Shown here: positions 29,337 to 38,015 of the stretch, one piece after another | How the letters are laid out: each line of letters starts with the position of its first letter | How positions within the stretch are numbered: the first letter of the stretch is position 1 | Assembly: GCA_047172325.1 (NCBI GenBank) | Contig: JBCQWG010000004.1 | Span: 7,118-71,117 of the forward strand | DNA from: Rikenellaceae bacterium | Lineage (GTDB): Bacteria > Bacteroidota > Bacteroidia > Bacteroidales > Rikenellaceae | Length of the DNA: 64,000 nucleotides | Reading direction: 5' to 3' | Position numbers and translations under genes: made by a program | Notes under the pieces: model-generated | The model's database searches: none | What the model saw: the letters and a program-made list of their open reading frames with translations, nothing else | Told to the model about the DNA's origin: nothing

Positions 29337-32189
29337 CTACACTCTACATATAGGGCGGAAATCGCAATAGGTGCAACTTCCCTTAATATCTTCTGTTTGA
29401 CGGAATGGTATTGAGCGATCCAAGAGTTCTTCTAGTTTTCGAGTGAGGTGTTCTTCGAACATCTCACTCTCCATCTCATAGCTTGCTACAACTCCCTCGT
29501 CAACTGACTTATCAACAAGCAGCGGTGAATATGTAGGCGTATGCATAAATCTCACGTAATAGAGTGATGGAACAACAGAGGTGTCAAGCGTGTGATGCAA
29601 CATCATTGAATAGGTCAATGTCTGAATGATATGTCCTTGGCGCTCCTCTCCACTACCCTCAAAGAGGGACTCCACAGATTTAAAATCGAGGTGCTTGCCA
29701 CCAGTCTTATAGTCAATAACTCGCAACTTTCCACTCGCAAGCCTATCTACCCTATCCAGAGTTCCCTCAAGGGTTATAGACTGTCCCGACGGAAGAGGTA
29801 TGGTATAGCGATGCTTCTGCTCAGTTCCAACAACCTCAAAAGGGGCTGACGAAGAGCTATCATAAGCCATGACGCCATTTGTAATATACTTAATTACAAT
29901 ATCTTTAATTAGTTGCAGGTCACCCGAAAGCTCCCTGTCGGCAACACTCTCTCGAACCTTGCAGACATCTCTTATTGCGGCAACGACCTCTCGCTCGATA
30001 AGCTCCTCGTCACCCCTCAACGCTTCAAGCGCTGAGGAGGTATCCTCAACTCCGATTAAAGGCTCATAGAGACTGTGTATTGCATAATGAAGGATATTAC
30101 CAAACATCGAGTTGTCTACATCCTCCGAGAGCGAATCATCCCCTTTAATGCGAGCCACATGTTGAAAATAGAACCGCATGGGGCATGCCACATAACGATT
30201 GATTGCTGACGGCGAGAGAGTTAACGGGTTACATGGATCTGTATATCGAGACAAGAACTCATCTACCTTCCCCACCTTTGCCACCTCTATTCGACTATGC
30301 TCATAGAGGTTAACATCGACGCCAACGTCCAATCTCTTTATATTAAAATTTGTCTCATAGTCCATCTGGTAGATATATCTACTCGCCTCTCCCGTGCTCT
30401 TATCATCGGCATGAGAGCAATACAACATCCACACTCTCTCGGCACGCTGAATTAAACGATAGAAGTAATAAGCAAAGACGCCCTCATGGTGCTCCGGGGT
30501 AGGCACGCCATAAGCAGATCTAATATTATATGGAACATATGAAGGGGATGTCAAACGATTGCCGGGAAAATTATCATCATTCATTGATAGAATTATCACA
30601 TTTCGGAAATCAAGGTTTCTAGTCTCCAAAATTCCCATAACTTGAAGCCCCTCCAACGGCTCCCCCTCGAAGGGGACACGCAGAGATTGCAGCATGCGAC
30701 GCAGAAGCGATATGTAGATCGTCTGCGAGAGGTCTATGTCACACTGCTCCAATGAATTATGTAATGAGATGATACTCTCTGAGAGTGTCGCCAAAAACTC
30801 AATTCGCCTAAATGAATCCTCTCCCTCGTAGGGATGAGAGGCAACAAATGAGATAGTACGCTGCAAATATAGAGACAACGCCTGCCAGCTATCACACACA
30901 CCAAAGAGCTCCGAAAGATAGCTAGGACGATCGAGCAAAATAATTGATCGGTCAACAGAGATTAATCGTTCAGAGTTGATTTGCTCAACTATACCCGCAA
31001 AGATATCCTTGCCTATGACATTTATATAGGGGTGTGAAAGCAGCGCTACAACGTCGGCATAATAGAACTGCGGATCGACACTACTACGACGTTTAACCTG
31101 CGACTGCAACATTAAAAGGCGCTCCACCAATGAATAAGCTAACGACTGTTTAATTGGATAGCCCATCGTGACATTAACCTTGCCCGCCTCCTTGGGTAGT
31201 GCATATAACAGTGGCGTAAGAAGATTCTCATCCGTTAACACAATTGCTGTATCTTTATCTACCCCTCCTTGAGCCACCAAATCAGATATAATCTTAGATG
31301 CATATTTACATTGAAGAACATTTGAGGCAGCAGCCACTGCATTGATACTCTTTTCAGCCCTGAAATTATCATGCGAGATATCAAACTGAGTACCATAACG
31401 ACTAAGGTTATCTCGAATAAAGAGACCCGCCTCCTGCTTACTATCATTGGTGTAGTAGTTATCATAATCCCAAAAGAAATCTACCGAAGCAGAGTTAGAC
31501 AGATGGTCAAAGAGACGTTTCTCACACTCCGAGAGAGCATTAAATCCCACCACGGCATAACGCTCACCCGAAGCAAAGCTATACTCTCCAGCCTTTAGTC
31601 GCTCCACCGCCGAACGCTGAATCATACCTGTATAGGCTATCCCCAGCTCCTCAAGACGAGATTTAAAACGATGGTATATCTTAGGCAGGGATTCCCAAAC
31701 TTTCAAAAAGCGCTGCTTCTCCTTCGACAGCTCTCGACCATCTTGAAGGGAGCTCCAAAAGGAGATGATCTTAAGTTGTTCTGGGGTCATATATGAAAGA
31801 TCTGTCTCCAATAACTTTAGGTCGGCGACATTCGAAAAGAGCATATCTGCGTCGACCATATATTTATCAATCATATCAAAATCTGATAATAGTATCTCTC
31901 CCCAGAAGTAGAATTTATCGAAACTCTCTTTATGAAATACCGAATAGATGCGATAGAGCTATGCAATAAGACGAACATTATCTCCATGTCGCAACTCCGT
32001 AGCCTGAGCCACGAGATCATCGAGACTAAGCCACGTGGGTTGCCACAGTGGTTCCGTAGCAACTGCGCTAAGTGCTTCGGTGAAAAATATGCGTGAACGA
32101 CGCGATGGAAAGATCAACTTCAAAGAGCTGACCTCTGCACCATATTTACTATATAACCTCTCGGCAACCTCATTTAAGAAACCTCGCAT
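29337..32189 (-). pseudogene. AddB-like PD-(D/E)XK nuclease interrupted by one in-frame TAG at 31959-31961
   Basis: ORFs 31959..32228 and 29337..31874 are in the same frame and read ...DNVRLIA*LYRIYSVFHKESFDKFYFWGEILLSDFDMIDKY. Also GLQVMGILETRNLDF, GTLDRVD, IDYKTG and Fe-S cysteines (YVACP, CTYCDFRPIC). Confidence 0.75.
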
Positions 32190-32312
32190 GAATATATTTT
32201 TAACATACATTATTAAAAGATCATGCAAGATATGAAAAATTTAGCAGAGAAAGAGCCTTACACCACAATATTTTTGTTATCTTTGACTTCAAATTTATAA
32301 TTCAACATCTCA

Positions 32313-35300
32313 GTGAGGGCAACAATATATAATGCTAGTGCGGGCTCAGGTAAAACTTATACTTTGGCTTATAAGTATATACGTGACGTAATCGAGGAGC
32401 CTATGCTCTATCGTAATATATTGGCAGTTACATTTACCAATAAGGCAACCGAAGAGATGAAGCGTCGTATCCTCGGTGAGATTCACTCTCTCGCATCAGG
32501 GAACGCAAGTAACTACCTTGAACGACTCCAAACGGAGTTATCACTCTCCGAGACCCTCATACGCAAGCGCGCACTACACGTTCGCACAAATATATTGCAT
32601 GACTATTCACGATTCACAATTCTCACTATAGATCGCTTCTTTCAGCGTATAATTAGAGCCTTCATCCAAGAGTTAGGTATTGATATAAACTACAATATTG
32701 AATTAGATCCAACCGCAATATTGTCACAAAGTGCAGATAGGATAGTTGAAGAGGTGAGCACCAACGAACAGCTAAAACGTTGGATATCGGAGTTTATCGA
32801 GGAGAGAATTGAGGATGGTCGCAGCTGGGATATTCACGAGGGTGTACTCTCGTTAGGCAGCGAGATTTTCAAAGAGTCCAATCGAGAGAGACTCGAACGC
32901 CCCAACTCCAAAGAGGAGCTAAAGGCAATTGTAGAGCGCTTCAATAGAGAGTGCGAGCAGAGCAAAGGCCAGATGAAGAGGTGCGCAACGACGGCTCTTG
33001 AAATAATCACCGCAGACTCTCTCACAACAGAATCATTTAGTGGCAAGAGTCGCAGCTTTGCAAAATATTTCGATATTATTGCTGATGGCACCATAAAAGA
33101 GCCAACCAAGACCCTACGCGATAGAGCTCAAAGCACAGCGGGGTGGGGAAAAGGAGTGGAGGCAACCGCTGCAAAGTTACAACCGCTGCTCAGCGAGATC
33201 ATAGATCTATATGACAACAATATAAAACGGTGGAACACCGCTCTGCTACTTCGCGAAAATTATCGAAGCTTTGCACTGCTTACAGATCTATATAATATGG
33301 TAAAGGTAGTGAGCAATGAGCAGAATATGATGTTGCTCTCCGAAACCAAATTAATACTCTCCGAGTTTATTGCCGACAACGATGCTCCATTCATCTACGA
33401 AAAAGTTGGAAATCGTTTTGAGCGATATATGATTGATGAATTTCAAGATACCTCTCTTAAGGAGTGGCGCAACTTCCTGCCACTACTCCAAAATGCAATG
33501 TCGCAGAGCGAAAAAAGCTCTGTGCTGATTGTTGGCGACATAAAACAATCTATATATAGGTGGCGTGGTGGAGATTGGAAGATATTACACTCTTTAGCCA
33601 AAGAGGATATTGGCTCCGAGAATACCGAAGTTATCAACCTTCAAGAGAACTATCGAAGTCTACCCAACATTGTAAAATTCAACAACGCAATCATCGAAGC
33701 GATAGTTGACTTTGACAACAGAGTACTCAACACAAAGATTGAAGAGGCTCAAATCGAAAATACAACCAAACTTGAATTGAGAGATATGCTCAGGCAAGCC
33801 TATGCAGATCATGCTCAGACGCCACGCAAGAGCGGTTCTGCTGATGGATATGTAGAGCTCACTATTCACAACGATCAACCTCAAGTTGTAGAGAAGATAA
33901 AGGAGGTGCTCGACTTAGGTTTTAGCCCAAGCGAGATACTCCTCTTAGTGCGTTCCAACTCAGAGGGGGTCACCATCGCTAGCAAACTTCTAGAGTTTAA
34001 GCGCGAAAATAGTAATCCCAAATACTACTTTGATGTGATGACACAGGAGGCACTTGTGGTTGGCCTTGCACCAATTAGTCAATTTGTAGTATCTGCATTA
34101 ATGCTATCTGTAAATGAAGAGGATTCAATTCAACACGCCATATACAATAGATTTTTGGGTGATAGGGCTTTCAACGCCCCTCTAAGCGAACAGGAGCGAG
34201 ATCAACTTCACGCCATACGTCTCTTATCCACCGAGGAGGCATTCGAGAGTATCGTTATATATTATCAACTTGACAGCGACCCCAATAATATAGCCTACCT
34301 ACAAGCTATTCATGAGTCGATATGTAACTTCTGTTCATCGAGAAGTGGCGATATTGCTCTATTTCTAAAATGGTGGGAGGAGCATGGCGCGCAACGTTCA
34401 ATCAGCGTTGAGCAGAGCGAGAAATCTATCGAGATAACCACCATTCATAAAGCTAAAGGGCTAGAGAAGGCTGTAGTAATAATACCATATTGCACATGGG
34501 CATTAGATCCTAAGAGCGGTGGCAGCGGAAAGGTAGACCCCAAGAGACCTCAGAAGAGTAGCGCAGTGTGGGCGGAGGCCTCCGACGAATTACGAGAGCT
34601 AGGGGCATTTCCTGTAAAATATAAAAAGGCAATGGGAGACTCCCTCTTCTCGGAGCAATATTATCGTGAGTTTGTATACTCTCACATAGACAATATAAAT
34701 ATGTTATATGTGGCACTAACTCGCGCCTCACAATCGCTACATATATTTATTAAAGAGGGTCAAATAGGAATTGGGCGCGCCATAAGTAATATAATTGCAA
34801 CGAGCGATAAGCAGATTACTCTTGGGGAACTCAGAGGAGAGGTAACCATTGATGACGAGCAGAGAGTATATAGCTTTGGGGAGAGGTCAGCGCCCATATC
34901 AAGTGGTGGCAAAAACGCCAACAACAATCTATACATTATGGATAGCTACCCCACTTCCCACGCAGATCTTCGCCTGAGACTACCCTCTCAGCGTTATTTT
35001 GAGCAGGAAGAAACAGCCGAACTCTCACCTCGCCACAAGGGTATCTTAATGCATAAAGCATTTGCCGAGGCGACAAGCAAAGAGGAGATTGGTGAGCGAC
35101 TAACCTCCATGTTTCTCAATGGACAGATAAACATGAGAGAGTTCGCAGCTATCACCGCAAAGATTGAAGAGGCATTATCCACAAGTCCTATCAAGGAGTG
35201 GTTTGAGGAGCAATGGGATGAAATTCATAATGAGCATGATATAATCACTCCTAGATCCTCCTCATTTAAACGCCCAGACAGAGTTATGATTAAAGATGGA

Positions 35301-35456
35301 AGAGCCATTGTTGTAGATTATAAATTTGGTGTGCGTGAGCAGGATCACCACAAGAAGCAGGTGGCTGAATATATGCGACTACTTGGAGAGATGGGATACC
35401 AGAAGGTAGATGGTTACATATGGTATATTAAAAATAATAAAATCATTCAAGTTTGA
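32313..35456 (+). CDS. AddA/RecB-like UvrD helicase-nuclease
   Basis: ASAGSGKT, TFTNKA, IDEFQDTS, VGDIKQSIYRWRGG, TIHKAKGLE, YVALTRA, C-terminal RPDR/VDYK. Promoter TATCTTTG at 32278-32285. Confidence 0.92.
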   Translation: MRATIYNASAGSGKTYTLAYKYIRDVIEEPMLYRNILAVTFTNKATEEMKRRILGEIHSLASGNASNYLERLQTELSLSETLIRKRALHVRTNILHDYSRFTILTIDRFFQRIIRAFIQELGIDINYNIELDPTAILSQSADRIVEEVSTNEQLKRWISEFIEERIEDGRSWDIHEGVLSLGSEIFKESNRERLERPNSKEELKAIVERFNRECEQSKGQMKRCATTALEIITADSLTTESFSGKSRSFAKYFDIIADGTIKEPTKTLRDRAQSTAGWGKGVEATAAKLQPLLSEIIDLYDNNIKRWNTALLLRENYRSFALLTDLYNMVKVVSNEQNMMLLSETKLILSEFIADNDAPFIYEKVGNRFERYMIDEFQDTSLKEWRNFLPLLQNAMSQSEKSSVLIVGDIKQSIYRWRGGDWKILHSLAKEDIGSENTEVINLQENYRSLPNIVKFNNAIIEAIVDFDNRVLNTKIEEAQIENTTKLELRDMLRQAYADHAQTPRKSGSADGYVELTIHNDQPQVVEKIKEVLDLGFSPSEILLLVRSNSEGVTIASKLLEFKRENSNPKYYFDVMTQEALVVGLAPISQFVVSALMLSVNEEDSIQHAIYNRFLGDRAFNAPLSEQERDQLHAIRLLSTEEAFESIVIYYQLDSDPNNIAYLQAIHESICNFCSSRSGDIALFLKWWEEHGAQRSISVEQSEKSIEITTIHKAKGLEKAVVIIPYCTWALDPKSGGSGKVDPKRPQKSSAVWAEASDELRELGAFPVKYKKAMGDSLFSEQYYREFVYSHIDNINMLYVALTRASQSLHIFIKEGQIGIGRAISNIIATSDKQITLGELRGEVTIDDEQRVYSFGERSAPISSGGKNANNNLYIMDSYPTSHADLRLRLPSQRYFEQEETAELSPRHKGILMHKAFAEATSKEEIGERLTSMFLNGQINMREFAAITAKIEEALSTSPIKEWFEEQWDEIHNEHDIITPRSSSFKRPDRVMIKDGRAIVVDYKFGVREQDHHKKQVAEYMRLLGEMGYQKVDGYIWYIKNNKIIQV

Positions 35457-35548
35457 TAGAGAAAAATCAGTATTTTAACTTATTGAATATCTATTTATTT
35501 TTTCGAACTTTGCATGAAGAATATATTTTATTAACCAAATAGATCGTA

Positions 35549-36793
35549 ATGAAGAAATTTTTTGCTCAGTTTCAAGGAGAAGATTGGGTGATTGTGCTCG
35601 CTGGTGCTATCATCATCACTCTTGCTTGTCTCTTTCCCGGCATGATGCCAACTATGCCAAAGGTCCTCTCAGCTCAAGCTGACTGGATTAATGCAGGTAC
35701 TATGTATGTACTTATCACACTTATCACACTAGGCAGCAACCTACTGCTAAATCGCTCGTTGAAGGGTGTCACACTCTCACTCTTCGTCATCTTCGGATTA
35801 GCCGTTGCAGCGCAACTCATAGCGGAGATACCAGCTGTTAAGTCTTTAGGTTTAGAGGTGGTTCTCTTCTCTGTACTTATTGGACTTATCATAAGTAACC
35901 TCTTCAAGGTTCCAGAGTGGTTGAAACCAGCTATTCAAAGTGAGTTCTACATCAAAATTGGTATCATCTGTCTAGGTTCGACAATCCTCTTTGGCGAGGT
36001 GCTAAAGTCTGGCGCTTACGGACTTGCACAATCTCTTATCGTCGTCTTCACCGTTTGGAATTTCACATTCTGGCTAGGTAAGAAGATGGGCGTAGATCGC
36101 GAGCTGCGTACAATGCTATCGAGTGCTGTGAGTATCTGTGGCGTGTCGGCTGCGATCGCTACTTGTGGTGTAATTAAGGGTGACAACAAGAAATTATCAT
36201 CTGTTATCTCTTTGGTATTGGTTTGTGCCATTCCAATGATGTATATAATGCCTCCCGTAGCAAATTGGATGGGGCTCTCAGAAGAGGTTGCTGGTGCATG
36301 GCTTGGTGGTACCATCGACACAACGGGTGCCGTAGCAGCTTCTGGTACAATGTTGGGCGAGGTGGCAGCTCAAACAGCTATCATCGTGAAATCTTCTCAG
36401 AATGTATTGTTGGGTGTTGCCGCATTCTTCATCTCTCTAATCTGGACATATAAAGGTAAAGGGAAGCGTCAAAAACCAACAATTGGTGTAATCTGGGATC
36501 GCTTTCCAAAGTTCGTTGTTGGATTTATCGTTGCCTCTCTTATCTTTAGCTTCTGCTTCGCGCCAGAGGTTGCAAAGGGAGTTGGTAAGGTAACTAAGTC
36601 AATGACAAATACCCTATTTGGAATAGCATTCGTCTGCATCGGTCTTGAGACACGCTTCAGCGAGATCTTCGCTAAGGAGAACCGCAAACAGATGTATGTA
36701 TTCTTAATTGCTCAAAGTTTCAATATTGTAGTAACCCTTGTTATAGCTCTTCTAATGTTCGGGTTCCTAAAGCCATTGATGCTAGGTGCATAG
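35549..36793 (+). CDS. YeiH/UPF0324 putative sulfate exporter
   Basis: Polytopic membrane protein; SICGVSAAIA, GAWLGGTIDTTG, FPKFV. Confidence 0.87.
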   Translation: MKKFFAQFQGEDWVIVLAGAIIITLACLFPGMMPTMPKVLSAQADWINAGTMYVLITLITLGSNLLLNRSLKGVTLSLFVIFGLAVAAQLIAEIPAVKSLGLEVVLFSVLIGLIISNLFKVPEWLKPAIQSEFYIKIGIICLGSTILFGEVLKSGAYGLAQSLIVVFTVWNFTFWLGKKMGVDRELRTMLSSAVSICGVSAAIATCGVIKGDNKKLSSVISLVLVCAIPMMYIMPPVANWMGLSEEVAGAWLGGTIDTTGAVAASGTMLGEVAAQTAIIVKSSQNVLLGVAAFFISLIWTYKGKGKRQKPTIGVIWDRFPKFVVGFIVASLIFSFCFAPEVAKGVGKVTKSMTNTLFGIAFVCIGLETRFSEIFAKENRKQMYVFLIAQSFNIVVTLVIALLMFGFLKPLMLGA

Positions 36794-36809
36794 TTAAATA
36801 ATTGATTAA

Positions 36810-36861
36810 ACAATCAGCCCTATTTTTGTTGCTTCTTGACAACAAAAATAGGGCTGATTGT
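36810..36861. terminator. Bidirectional terminator
   Basis: 22-bp perfect inverted repeat ACAATCAGCCCTATTTTTGTTG / CAACAAAAATAGGGCTGATTGT between convergent genes. Confidence 0.8.
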
Positions 36862-36866
36862 CTATT

Positions 36867-37325
36867 CTATCGCCACAAAAAGAGTAGCACTATAAGTATC
36901 GCCAGCAGAAGATAGAAGCTTTTTATCTGGAAACTCTGCCACGATGAGAGCTCTCGCGGCACCTCAACCACTTTCGATATTACCCGCTCATGATAGATGA
37001 TGCTATCTTGCACCTCCACCTGAGAGATCATAGGTTGGTATATCTCTTGTGGAATTGTGGACAGCGTATGAAAAAGCTCTCCAGAAGAGAGAATCTTAGC
37101 CTGCGAAAGAGAGTACTCATTCGATAAGAGGCTTGAATCACACATTACTACTCGCTGCTCCTTGATCTCTGGTATTTTTACAATTACCGTATCATGGATG
37201 ATAACATCTCTATGAATAACTTCAATCCTAACACTATCTTTTTGAGATGAGTCAAGTAAACGATGTGATGCGCAACTAGCTGATAGAAAAATAGTTACGC
37301 TTAAAATAAGTAATAATTGCTTCAT
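36867..37325 (-). CDS. Lipoprotein with C-terminal TM helix (unimolecular-spanin-like architecture)
   Basis: Signal peptide and lipobox LSASC (Cys18); beta-rich middle; WQ followed by TM FYLLLAILIVLLFLWR; overlaps the holin gene by 4 nt. Confidence 0.6.
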   Translation of the reverse strand: MKQLLLILSVTIFLSASCASHRLLDSSQKDSVRIEVIHRDVIIHDTVIVKIPEIKEQRVVMCDSSLLSNEYSLSQAKILSSGELFHTLSTIPQEIYQPMISQVEVQDSIIYHERVISKVVEVPRELSSWQSFQIKSFYLLLAILIVLLFLWR

Positions 37326-37753
37326 GGCTTCTCCTCCTCAATGTCGATAATATCGACCTTTCTCATAAACCATTTGAAGATATTTACGCGCACATTTGTC
37401 CCCTTGGACTCAAAATAATTAGAAAAGCACGAGTTTATCTCCACTCCATATATCACCAACATCATCAATAGCGGTAAGATATTAACCCCTATAGACTCTC
37501 CAAAAGTTTCACCCAAAGAGCCTGATAAAAAGACCCAACATAGGTAGTCAACAGCTTTATTAATCGTTCGACGAATCGCTCGCGAGCTACGAATAACCTC
37601 CCCCCGAACTCTAGCTGCCCTAATTCCAAAACGAAGATCCGCCACAATTAACACAACCCCCAAGATAAAAAGCCACCGTAAGGGCTCGGTAAACTCAAAA
37701 AGGCCACTTAGAAATGAGGCCGTAATACCATAAATTACATTACGCTGATCCAT
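37322..37753 (-). CDS. Phage holin-family protein (Bacteroidota phage type)
   Basis: TM segments, DLRFG, IRSSRAIRRTINKAVDY, ExxS motif (EINSCFSN), charged C-terminus. Promoter TATATTTG at 37804-37811. Confidence 0.72.
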   Translation of the reverse strand: MDQRNVIYGITASFLSGLFEFTEPLRWLFILGVVLIVADLRFGIRAARVRGEVIRSSRAIRRTINKAVDYLCWVFLSGSLGETFGESIGVNILPLLMMLVIYGVEINSCFSNYFESKGTNVRVNIFKWFMRKVDIIDIEEEKP

Positions 37754-37840
37754 GCTCTATAAAATTTGATTTCATATATTTATAAGTTAAATTATTTGAC
37801 CCACAAATATACTACACAAATTAAGCGATTGCAAATACTA

Positions 37841-38007
37841 ATTTAAAAAAATTAAGAGATCAAAAATGTTATGCGAATTTATTCGTGATAACATTTTTGA
37901 TCTCTTAAATTTCATAGCGTCAGCTATAAGCCCAATACGCAAGAAGAAGAATAGCTCCGCAGGGAGCACCCTGCCCGCCGGAGGCAGTGAGAAACTTTTT
38001 TCATGCG
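37841..38007 (-). mobile_element. MITE-like structured element, copy 3 (left-end fragment, inverted)
   Basis: Reverse complement matches 53555-53718 closely (CGCATGAAAAAAGTTTCTCA..GCCTCCGGCGGGCAGGGTGCTCCCTGCGGAGCTATTCTTC..). Ends after a long hairpin and T tract. Confidence 0.8.
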
Positions 38008-38015
38008 GTACGACT

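Noticed and set aside
29337-32189. Genome-wide TAG reassignment or pyrrolysine coding
   Set aside because: Only one internal TAG among ~50 genes. parE, clpP, tkt, aroK and rsmI end in TAG at normal lengths, and no pyl genes are visible.
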